DNA of 64,000 nucleotides, taken from an uncultured Spirochaetota bacterium. GTDB taxonomy: Bacteria; Spirochaetota; Brevinematia; Brevinematales; JAOACQ01. The translations under genes were made by a program, and so were the position numbers. The stretch is taken from contig CAWIGG010000004.1 in NCBI GenBank assembly GCA_963835575.1, positions 992,001 to 1,056,000 of the forward strand, given 5' to 3'. This document shows, in pieces, positions 46,001 to 52,329 of the stretch. How positions within the stretch are numbered: position 1 is the first letter of the stretch; the number at the start of each line of letters is the position of its first letter. The notes under the pieces are model-generated. The model ran no database searches. It was given only the letters and a program-made list of their open reading frames with translations, and was not told the origin of the DNA.

Positions 46001-47847
46001 CTGGAATCGCGCTGAAAGAATTTAATTATACCGCCTTCGGGGAAATGCTGGCTATAGGCGATCAGATTGCAATAGACAACGATGCTAAAAAAGGCATTTC
46101 TTATACTGGACATTATTTTGATAAAGACACAAAATTATACTATGCCCGCGCCCGCTACTACGATCCGGGCATAGGGCGGTTTATTACAAGTGATCCGATT
46201 CAAGACCCATCGAAGAGATATGCTCCCGCCGGGCTGAACAGGTATGTTTACGGAGATAACTCGCCTCTGCGTTATATCGACCCTGAAGGCCAATTCGGGT
46301 TGGACGATCTCATAGCAGGAATCGTGGGCGGAATTATCGGAGCGATCAGTAATGTTATTGCTGATATAGCCAGCGGGGACTATAAGGACATTCTTCTTGA
46401 TTCCATACTCGGCAGTACGGCTGGATTTATAAACGGCGTGGTGGAGCATTATGGAATACCGATGTATATATCGTTCAACACAAGGGGATTCGGCGCCGGA
46501 GTGGGCTACAACTTAGGCGGGGTTGTCAGCGTCGGCGCGGGAATTCATTCAGACTGGAGCGGACAGAATTACGGTTTCAGCGTAAACGCCGGACTTGGCG
46601 GTGTTGATAAGTACAAAGGCCTTAGTCTGGGATTCTCGGCGGGCATTGACTACGGCCCTGAAGGCCAGAAGAGCTACTTCGGGTTTAACGCCGGCGCAGG
46701 ATCGATTAATTTCGGCGCTAACTGGAATTATGTTAACGGGCAATACGCCGGTTTCGGGGTTAACGGCGGTTTTGGCGGGGACATCGGTAAAGGTTATTCA
46801 CTCGGACTTAACCTTGGAGCGAACTTTGACGCGAAGGGCAATTACTCAGGCGGCAGCGCAGGAATAAATATCGGGTATAATGAGAGGATTAAAGATTCAA
46901 AGGATTCAATGCAGTATAACGGAAGTCTGGGCATAAATTTCAGCGCGGACGGAAAAGTAACTCCTTACGCTAATTTTACCGCGACGAGGTGTATTAATAT
47001 TCAGAAGAATGCTGAAACGGGGAAGAAAGCCGGGAATAAGACGGCTAACGAAATTGAAATGGAGCGGCAGGGCTTGCAGCGGGATATGGCCGAGAGAATG
47101 AAAACAACTGTAATGAGTATGGAAGCCGGGATGGAAAGACCGGAAACGCCGGGAATGATGGTAATCGGCCAGAGTGTGAACGATGCCAATGACAACCAGA
47201 CTGCGGGCGATGCGATGACTGCCGGGAACGAGAAAGTGGCGGCGGCGAAAGCGGCGTATAATCAGGAAAAACAGCAGGCTATTCAGAACGGGACGCTGGG
47301 GCAATTCTATAAACGGGAAATGCTTGAAAATCTTACTTTTAACCAGGATACAGGATATTGGGTAACAACAATAGACGGGCAGACAATAAATATCGGCAGA
47401 ACAAATATTGATTTAGATTTCAGCACAACCGCAACCTATACTTTAGATCAAAGTAAGGAACATATCTACACGGTTGTTTCAAATATGACTGATGATGCAA
47501 TTATTGGGTTTGCCAACTTCACAAACCATAATGAAGGCTTCGTTGTTACCAGCATGTGGCGAAATACTAATGATCCTCATGGTCATGGGACTGCTTTTGA
47601 TATGGTATTCGGAAATAACACACCTGTTTATGCGGCTGAAGGTGGTATAGTAACTACTGCTGGGAATTATGGAGGAGCCGGAATTATGATTACAATTAGC
47701 GGGACAGATAATTTAAAATACACTTATATGCACAACAATCAGCTATACTATAGTGTAAATGCAAATGTTGATGCTGGGAATAAAATTTCTTTATCGGGTG
47801 GTACGCCAAATTATGCGCCACATTTACATTTCCAAATTGGTAGATAA
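37039..47847 (+). CDS. Secreted Rhs/YD-repeat polymorphic toxin (3602 aa) with C-terminal M23-like peptidase
   Basis: Signal peptide, PG-binding-like N-domain, GDTVDPVTGEL, many YD repeats, core end NSPLRYIDPEG (DPEG at 46279-46290), Gly-rich linker, and C-terminal PVYAAEGG...YMH...PHLHFQI. Confidence 0.92.
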   Translation: MKSKSLAAALLLTCFLVLVYAGTKIALQINGKKVDIAAQNDSRNPYLYNTRLRDIQAKLNKVLSFNLTNYAPIEENGFYNKETEAALEQFREMYYKKYSLQRYYAFSAEDAVEPSSVEGLLDREIPAAADFAREYQEGMKLKNGDPAKYYGNSAWDEVLRIEKGMDGDTVDPVTGELSKTIPLYQTPAGNDHLMPIQLTARYGSQYSGNCGLGDNWYLTESYSLWFSYEKNEMIVQDGSGISQKFNFTNGGFSRDTNNNTDGGLFLNVMLDGALGTEGSTICVITARGETMIFECADNKGQDSVSNVIESISTNSLEVYGYCIVEDLRIYEVTNYTRDFMWSLKTNISVSNYGPTIKMGLYADSSNALDMTMTNSAYTNFSDWLNNGHQTVTGQKMICDKEEFKNKVWKLSDTSEGGWSVSYYAAPLATNAIEFVTNWIWGGAPLSNCTQSDTNFDMRVKVNTNIVYTQGTSYSFRRQPMGQAGIYAGYVLTNSMNRFGSVKSYSYDGFQKLLSINSYSPGGTEIDGVSITYSPAGEKGFIKVITTGLASSANGVITFSYTGNQPDHQLLDTAVVMMDGKADAHRMAYHSELLFGPGSPDGVKLSNSIFSNYSALTNSFTYITNEISFITSNIGELVQQNYVYFWEMYTNITETITHNGINTTTNISSSLFYDDKYYNNSKDYYDLLVQFMESQLPDLISNISSLTDQISNYNSGDLFPRLALLDSHIDSAGPWQEYRYGSFDTNMFGVTNRESAFRTTIVRKQGAECRLDYSGGYTEYHNFSGNTFKFHYDINQTNYDERHVDRIVYPDNSTVSFGYDKKGNITAVTNEINNAYSYGYDDFGNVTNKSMPGRNWYYEYNSVIGRYLGRPTKIVQPDHTVYTMAYDENGEMTNQTLKANDADQGKTLVQVFFSPLSANGFVKTNRDMYGSETVYTYDGSHSPVSVKNPDGGVTAYINDSFGKPLIENRSNLVTNICVYDSRGNIVEQGIAGLNHSFTEYDAAGRRLSSTDPMSNKTIYEYGAGNSLAGVIFPSGEEVRYSYDGDGNKTNEAYYAQSGFTIANKSIVYAYDPEYRLTNKALVQDGETFNYSFQYDAAGNMTLQTAESVLPDGNVPAGVSNSYAYDAISILTNQSDLISGKNISYYYDPMGRLTFENRTVTNGSGYGFSLSNTYDILGRNTASFSFTNGAAVIMTSNDYQDNDRVTVKIDRYGNQSVNYMDFRNNVTNLQYSVFNPLTEENELYTHSYIYDTLGNKTEEIYPDGTRQKWQFVFGNRLLKESGRYSDESAAAWKTYSRDAAGRVTAVNDFENKTWGKSYNSLGRLSSETDPDGRQIFYITDLWGNPMTVQQGSRRRDISYNILNKPVTVNYGDGAADSALYDAMGNVVQSMPGGASNLQTVSRYDNEGKKTYEAGFGLETYFAYDAQGNLIYKKAATAPSNHPQPLLNKEGSRTWTYAYDACGRITEEHLPDGTFISHDYAVSNGLLIETVSGPKRHNTSAADTTVNTYDQMDRLIRSQVCDDGLEAACDIGFFAGKGLISGKVFDRAGLPVKEVRPGNKIKNYKYSPEGRVTNEENEAGEVKSSVYDKNGNLTYMTDFDGNSFSNTYYNSGKLMKSLEPGNAVTSYYYDAYGNMNKKVLPDGSTWLFETDARGRTVKETNPFGGTAAFEYDALGRKMAETGPGGSYTAYDYDGNGIPTGIETQGNDGENAVKISAAVDGFGETNRVEYPTTPSPSSGKEGSQGLIVTYQYDNMGRVTNKTTTPNPLLNKEGSRTTRYKYREDGRLKRTDNPDGTAEMYAYSAAWLLTNRTVLGDTNKGDLPPKRVTAYYYGGYGDGDVRPYVSTGGFGDVECAVDYRGIVTASYYDKAGRLTNRSETAGTEPRNTITIYGLTNINNLFYRTMETWKEETHSRASLQMEWSKTVTDFRGNVLKVYRMEKGQELLTADNTYNAAGKLVSEVRQEDLGSPETRYEYGANGALSKKTEPSGLITEYSYDSAGRITETREYPADNYSQARKTDYQYHQNGRLKRKVLYDFSGPALEDTSYSYDFRGNVINKTDNLRNTAFITFYNAYGEKTEESTLWNGESSDRHYSYDAAGRLYQTTGELGSVTTYTYGDFGQTATKGISYRGDVQPYVSTSYFYDSRGNVITETVYGMTPSGSPSGKGESRLLSYTTSYQYDGWGNRTNTVYPDGSFETSEYDGSGQKINETDRYGYRTAYEYDENGRETKRTSGTPNGNLITETVYDNSGRKISETSHGETGPSRTAQYQYDSSGRLINQQIGDVSSSTGYDAFGNKTWTTTPGPSLNKEGSSTWYYQYDAAGRTTVSIDGEGNRTETSYGFDGDWRLTVTTTPNPSSGKEGSRKIIYDGFGNKIEDVDANGNSEYYQYNAAGKPTVYTDRNSNQTVYIYDSLGRQTATVDANGSVLSNVYDSFNNIIEVVDKEGRHLYREFDWAGRMIWTKDALGNEARYEYTTTPKPLLGKEGNPLGYEVEVFTDAEGNKATTYKYGKMTLAVQDALGNITSYQYNAFGELTATVDPKGNTTSLTYDLRGNKTGETTALGFSTTYQYDNNGNVINEINGEGWIKTTYNRNNQPVRKDYSDGNTKNFLYDSLGRLTRARDNFSDYSYLYDNNGSLTNRYDNINKETLAYEYDGNGNRVKMTAQDKIVNYDYDALNQIKKETVLTTKITKDTKEEINVASGFITNLSIDYSYSPMGRVTNKTYSSGLVVNYEYDPIYRLMKINNTTNGLFLSSFGYTYDKVGNRTKETARESTRIGTNGDGSASGGERVSAFLYDKAYRLVKADYSEGKFEEFEYDNSGNRLRKTSNLDGSNTVTTGYVIDNDNRLLCEQKPSGNISFIYDRAGRIIKKVEGDKVERYQYNQRDLMTKYTVEQNGSITSVSEYTYDINNLRTVKKETPETPGSVGDNTTRFTYDGDNILYEGPSFYLNNIFINSYEAEIQPLRTAVYVKDALGSVRGEIYDNPLPPVESGGSGIALKEFNYTAFGEMLAIGDQIAIDNDAKKGISYTGHYFDKDTKLYYARARYYDPGIGRFITSDPIQDPSKRYAPAGLNRYVYGDNSPLRYIDPEGQFGLDDLIAGIVGGIIGAISNVIADIASGDYKDILLDSILGSTAGFINGVVEHYGIPMYISFNTRGFGAGVGYNLGGVVSVGAGIHSDWSGQNYGFSVNAGLGGVDKYKGLSLGFSAGIDYGPEGQKSYFGFNAGAGSINFGANWNYVNGQYAGFGVNGGFGGDIGKGYSLGLNLGANFDAKGNYSGGSAGINIGYNERIKDSKDSMQYNGSLGINFSADGKVTPYANFTATRCINIQKNAETGKKAGNKTANEIEMERQGLQRDMAERMKTTVMSMEAGMERPETPGMMVIGQSVNDANDNQTAGDAMTAGNEKVAAAKAAYNQEKQQAIQNGTLGQFYKREMLENLTFNQDTGYWVTTIDGQTINIGRTNIDLDFSTTATYTLDQSKEHIYTVVSNMTDDAIIGFANFTNHNEGFVVTSMWRNTNDPHGHGTAFDMVFGNNTPVYAAEGGIVTTAGNYGGAGIMITISGTDNLKYTYMHNNQLYYSVNANVDAGNKISLSGGTPNYAPHLHFQIGR

Positions 47848-47863
47848 TGGGAGGATACCTTTA

Positions 47864-48628
47864 ATGAAACACTTTCTAATTTTTTGCCTGATTTTTATTT
47901 TTGCCGAATTGTACAGCCAAGTCAAGTTAAATGTGGTAGCAAAGACAGGTTTGTTTTTGAGAGATAAAGCAGATAAAAATGGAAAGATATTAACTCAAGT
48001 TCCCTATGGTTCTTCTGTGGATGTAATCAAAAAAGACAGAAAATTTACATTTGATAATATTAATGGTAATTGGGTATTTGTTGAGTACAACAAATTAAAA
48101 GGTTATATTTTTAGTGGTTATTTGTCTGACTTGCCTGCACCAATCATAAATAGTAGCATTAAGGACTATTTTATAAAGCAGATAAAAGTTGAAAAAGTTA
48201 TTAGCTCCAACTTTATTATTTACAATGAAACCAATCATTATACGAATGCCAGTTATGTAACCGTGCTTTTTGGATATGATATTGTCCAAGATTATGTGGA
48301 TGCGGGAATTAAAGAAGGAGAATACGAAGCGGGATTGTATTATAGCACATATTTGTTCAAAAAAAGAAAAATAGAGGAAGTTTTTGTTGTCTTAAAAGCT
48401 CTGGGGTTTTGTAAATACATTGACTATTTTCCAATAAGTACAATTAATTTTCCTCAAAAAGATAAAGAAAGGTATTTAATTGATAAAATTCAAGTGAAGC
48501 GTAAAAGTAATAGGATTGAAGAAATCAAGGTAATTGATTATCCCATGTCAGGTCATAGAGTTATCCAAACTTTAAAGGTTACAAACAATAATGATGTGGT
48601 GTATATTTGGGACGAGTATGGAGATTAG
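47864..48628 (+). CDS. SH3b-domain secreted protein, probable cognate immunity protein
   Basis: Signal peptide MKHFLIFCLIFIFAELYSQ and GLFLRDKA...VPYG...NWVFVEY...GYIFSGYLS. Immediately follows the Rhs gene, with GGAGG RBS. Confidence 0.75.
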   Translation: MKHFLIFCLIFIFAELYSQVKLNVVAKTGLFLRDKADKNGKILTQVPYGSSVDVIKKDRKFTFDNINGNWVFVEYNKLKGYIFSGYLSDLPAPIINSSIKDYFIKQIKVEKVISSNFIIYNETNHYTNASYVTVLFGYDIVQDYVDAGIKEGEYEAGLYYSTYLFKKRKIEEVFVVLKALGFCKYIDYFPISTINFPQKDKERYLIDKIQVKRKSNRIEEIKVIDYPMSGHRVIQTLKVTNNNDVVYIWDEYGD

Positions 48629-48924
48629 GAAAAACAAAAGATTGAAAGCCCGTAGTGGCTACTTTCAATTTTTCAAGTAAGAAATTATAAATGAAAGGGG
48701 AAATAAAGTAAAAAAGAGCGGCAGAAAGGAGAGCAAGCGGAGGGGGTTAAGCCGGTTTCCGGACGGGAATCGGTAAAACCGGATGCTTCAGGTCGCAGGC
48801 TGGACGGAGCCGGTTGATAAGACAGACTGAAGTAAAACGGATGAAGAAGCACGAAGCGATCCGGCGGTTTATGAAGGATTATTTTGACATCCGGGTGAAG
48901 GATTGAGATTATTAAAGACAGATA

Positions 48925-48960
48925 GAAGCCCCGCCGGTAGTTCCGGCGGGGCTTTTTTGT
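48925..48960 (+). terminator. Intrinsic terminator
   Basis: aagccccgccgg-tagtt-ccggcggggcttttttgt. Confidence 0.8.
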
Positions 48961-49044
48961 CATCTCCCCGGCTGGATCGCGCTGATCCGGCTGACCGGGT
49001 TGGCCGGATCGGGAGAAACCGGCGGCTTCTATAGTCCGGATGAT

Positions 49045-49073
49045 TTGACAAAACCATTGCATCGGGATATTAT
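49045..49073 (+). promoter_or_regulatory. Near-consensus sigma70 promoter (duplicated on the minus strand at ~52428-52456)
   Basis: TTGACA - 17 bp - TATTAT. Confidence 0.75.
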
Positions 49074-49133
49074 TTATTGCTTTCAGATCAAGGGGCTTAT
49101 GTTCTTATCATTGAGGTGAGAGTGGGGAAATGG

Positions 49134-49159
49134 GCGATGGCTAAACCGTCGCTTTTTTT
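49134..49159 (+). terminator. Terminator-like hairpin just before the cargo gene RBS
   Basis: gcgatgg-ctaaa-ccgtcgc-ttttttt. Confidence 0.65.
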
Positions 49160-49180
49160 ATTTATAGAGGAAAAATAATT

Positions 49181-50107
49181 ATGAAAAAAAGAAACATGAA
49201 ATACCTTAGACCCAGTATCAATATCATTACCTCAATGCTGACTCTATTATCCATGGTTTACTTACTTTTTGTAGGATTTGGAATTAAAATAATTGAAAAC
49301 GACACAGAAGGGATAATTGCTATCGTTGCAGGTTTTATAGTTTCTATCAGTTTCATTTACTGGCTATTTTTTGTTTTAATTCTTAATTTAATTCAATTTA
49401 CAATCAACATTTTTAATTCTAAAAGTATATCAGAAGAAACTGCTAATATTCATGACGCCGCTCTTAATGGAGATTTAGAAACTGTTAATAGATTAATAAA
49501 AAATGGAACTGCTGTAAATGCCACAAACGATAAAGGGTTTACTCCTCTTACTATGGCAGCCTTTAATGGACATATTAATATAGTAAAAGCCTTGTTAAAT
49601 GCAAAAGCCGACATTAATGCAAAAAATAAGAAAGGGGTAACTTCACTAATGGGTGCAACTTATAAAGGCCATTCTTATATTGCGTGGACTTTACTATCAG
49701 CCGGAGCTGATGTGAACAAAAAGTCTGAAGTGGGAACAACTGCTTTAATAGGATCGGCAGATAAAGGAAATTATGAAATAATGAGGATTCTTCTAAATGC
49801 CGGAGCAGACCCAAATGAGAGCGATAATAACGGTCTTACAGCTTTGATGATTGCAGGTTCATACGGATATACCGATATTGTAAAAATATTAATCGAAAAA
49901 GGAGCTAATGTAAATGCCTATGATGCTGGTGGAGCAACTCCTTTGATGGGGCCATCAGCAAATGGACATGCTGAAATAGTTAAACTTCTCTTGGAAGCAG
50001 GAGCTAAAAATGACTACAAAACTATCGACGGATTAACTGCGCTACAACTTGCAAAAAGTAACAAACACTTTGATATAGTTGATCTCCTGAAAAATTCTAG
50101 GAGTTAA
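49181..50107 (+). CDS. Membrane-anchored ankyrin-repeat protein
   Basis: Two N-terminal TM segments and ~6-7 ankyrin repeats (G.TPL..AA.NGH..IV..LL..GA..N). Confidence 0.9.
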   Translation: MKKRNMKYLRPSINIITSMLTLLSMVYLLFVGFGIKIIENDTEGIIAIVAGFIVSISFIYWLFFVLILNLIQFTINIFNSKSISEETANIHDAALNGDLETVNRLIKNGTAVNATNDKGFTPLTMAAFNGHINIVKALLNAKADINAKNKKGVTSLMGATYKGHSYIAWTLLSAGADVNKKSEVGTTALIGSADKGNYEIMRILLNAGADPNESDNNGLTALMIAGSYGYTDIVKILIEKGANVNAYDAGGATPLMGPSANGHAEIVKLLLEAGAKNDYKTIDGLTALQLAKSNKHFDIVDLLKNSRS

Positions 50108-50203
50108 TTCTTTGGAGTTTAAATATTCAATGTTAAATAACTTTACATGGCAATAACAATCTTTTTAAAACCATTTGTTTCTATGGGGAATATTAGCGAA
50201 ATT

Positions 50204-50947
50204 TTATTTAATAAACACAGCAAAGGGAAAATAGTAATTTCTTCTTCCTTTGATTAATTCTGGTGTTTGTCTTCCAGATGTTTCTGATATAACTTTTCTA
50301 TTAGCTAAATCAAAAGCATCAACTATATCAATAACTCTATAACCATCTTGTGAAAGATCATAATTATCAATATTCATTTCTGAGATTAAGCTACTTGAGA
50401 AATATCCGCCTTTTGAATCTTCCCCTGCACTTTCGTCAATGCGGCATGAATTGATTTGAATTAATCCAGTTTCACAATGTTCAAGATATTTTTCAAAATA
50501 ATAGCGGGAATAAGTTGAATCCTGAGACCTACGTTCGCTAAATGACAATTTATATGAATCTTGGATGATTTCCTTAAGTTTTGTTCTACAGCAATCCAAT
50601 ATTAACAATTGTTTTTTTGCTCCTTTAGTTAATTCTTTATAATCAATATTTTCATTTTGATTTAATTCTAGCATTGTTGTATTTCTTGATTCCGAAAACC
50701 AACCATGTCCACAAAAAACTATAAACGCATAATCTGCTGTAGATTGTATATTAGCTATTGTGCTGATGACTTGATTTTGAGATGGTTTTACTTTTGCAAT
50801 AATTTCACTAGAATTCCAAGCGCCACCTATTGGGGATTTTAAAAAAGATTCATAATTTTTAATATCAGCAAAAACACCCGGACAATAATTTTTTGCATTT
50901 TCTTCACCAGGATTGCCAATTAGTAAAGCATATTTTTTAATACTCAT
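50204..50947 (-). CDS. Caspase-family (C14-like) protease
   Basis: YALLIG, FCGHG (His), ILDCCR (Cys), GGYFS and GRQTP motifs. Confidence 0.85.
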   Translation of the reverse strand: MSIKKYALLIGNPGEENAKNYCPGVFADIKNYESFLKSPIGGAWNSSEIIAKVKPSQNQVISTIANIQSTADYAFIVFCGHGWFSESRNTTMLELNQNENIDYKELTKGAKKQLLILDCCRTKLKEIIQDSYKLSFSERRSQDSTYSRYYFEKYLEHCETGLIQINSCRIDESAGEDSKGGYFSSSLISEMNIDNYDLSQDGYRVIDIVDAFDLANRKVISETSGRQTPELIKGRRNYYFPFAVFIK

Positions 50948-50966
50948 TATCAACCTCCAACTAATT

Positions 50967-51413
50967 TTATATTATAAAGGAGTTTATATATTTTTGAAAT
51001 TTTAAATCATAACCAACTATATTTTCAATTATTCCGCTTGGATTCTTCCACCAATTTTTATGTCTTATTGCCATTTCTTGAACACTTAAAAACGATTCTA
51101 TTTTACTTTTACTTCCTTTAAAATATTTCCATAGATTTTCCAACAAATTAAATACAATGCAACAATAATTATCATAACGCATATATCTTTCTTCTTTTGG
51201 ATTATTATTATCAATCCATTTGCTACAAAAATCATTATCTTCTAAATATGGATATTCAATTGCGATCTGATTTATTTGCAAAATTTGGTTTTCAAGCCAC
51301 AATTCATATTGCTTGGCAATTGATTTTCTTACTGTGTAATAAGAAACAATCCAAGCTATAATTGAAGAAACAACAGCAGATATTAAAGTAGATATCGGAT
51401 TCCAGTCAATCAT
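50967..51413 (-). CDS. Hypothetical protein with N-terminal TM helix
   Basis: 148-aa AT-rich ORF in an operon with the caspase gene. Confidence 0.65.
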   Translation of the reverse strand: MIDWNPISTLISAVVSSIIAWIVSYYTVRKSIAKQYELWLENQILQINQIAIEYPYLEDNDFCSKWIDNNNPKEERYMRYDNYCCIVFNLLENLWKYFKGSKSKIESFLSVQEMAIRHKNWWKNPSGIIENIVGYDLKFQKYINSFII

Positions 51414-51461
51414 AATTTCCTTCCTATCTTTTAAATTAGTTTTTGCCGCAAATCATGATAA

Positions 51462-52271
51462 TTATTTGATTTTAAGTAAAATCCCATTTATAAAAACAAA
51501 TGAGCTGATCATAAAGATGATATTAACAATTATATACAAGAATTGAGATTTATAAATTTTACCTATTTTCTCTAATAAGGATATAATCTTTTGATTATTT
51601 TTAGAAAAATCGCTGAAATCTAATATTAGCAAAATTGCATCATATAGAGTTCTCATCAAATTATAAAAAATAAGCAATATTAATAAAACAACACCAATAA
51701 ATTGCCAAAGTAAATAAACTAAGGCCGGACTATTCCATAAGGTAAAAATCACTCTCCAATTATGAGTAATCTCTTTTTTCATAGCCAATAAATTTGAGTT
51801 ATGCTTTAAAGGATTATCAAAGAAATACAAACTTATCAGTGCAAATAACCAAATTATCAACATTAATTTCTGCCTTAATTTTATATCAGAAATATTTTTA
51901 TCTTTGTTTTTAAGAAAAATCAAATTTGTTGTTATTGAATAAAGAATTCCAAAAACAGCTAAAACTATAATAATTGAAAATATAATTGATTTGTTTATAA
52001 GTAAAAAGATGGAACCCGCTATGAGAAATAATAAAAATAATGTCATGTAAACAAATATATTATCTTTTGTATAATTATAGGAAATTGTAATTTTTACTTT
52101 ATATTCATATATTCTTTGATATATTAATCGAGTTGATAAAACTATATTTTCTTGTTTTTTGTTTTTATCCAAAAGCTTGAAAACAATTATATCAATTGGA
52201 ATGAATAAAACAGCACTGATCAATCCGGCTAAAATAGGGTCAATATTTTTACTTAACCAATCAACTATCAT
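51462..52271 (-). CDS. Multi-pass membrane hypothetical protein
   Basis: About 6 hydrophobic segments. AGGAG RBS. Confidence 0.65.
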   Translation of the reverse strand: MIVDWLSKNIDPILAGLISAVLFIPIDIIVFKLLDKNKKQENIVLSTRLIYQRIYEYKVKITISYNYTKDNIFVYMTLFLLFLIAGSIFLLINKSIIFSIIIVLAVFGILYSITTNLIFLKNKDKNISDIKLRQKLMLIIWLFALISLYFFDNPLKHNSNLLAMKKEITHNWRVIFTLWNSPALVYLLWQFIGVVLLILLIFYNLMRTLYDAILLILDFSDFSKNNQKIISLLEKIGKIYKSQFLYIIVNIIFMISSFVFINGILLKIK

Positions 52272-52329
52272 AATAAAACTCCTTTTGAATATTCGGTTTA
52301 TTTAAAAATTCATTTTGAAGACTTGTAAC

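Larger units (their letters stand above)
46979..49171 (+). repeat. Left arm of ~2.2 kb inverted duplication (Rhs tip, immunity gene, non-coding module)
   Basis: Reverse complement of 52330-54512. ORF translations are identical. The differences I found by eye lie at ~48885-49000 (few SNPs, 10 bp net indel). Confidence 0.95.

Noticed and set aside
48685..49062. ORFs in the duplicated non-coding module (also 52382-52806)
   Set aside because: They cross terminators and are disrupted by indels between the two copies. A 21-aa ORF at 48841-48906 remains possible but is unsupported.
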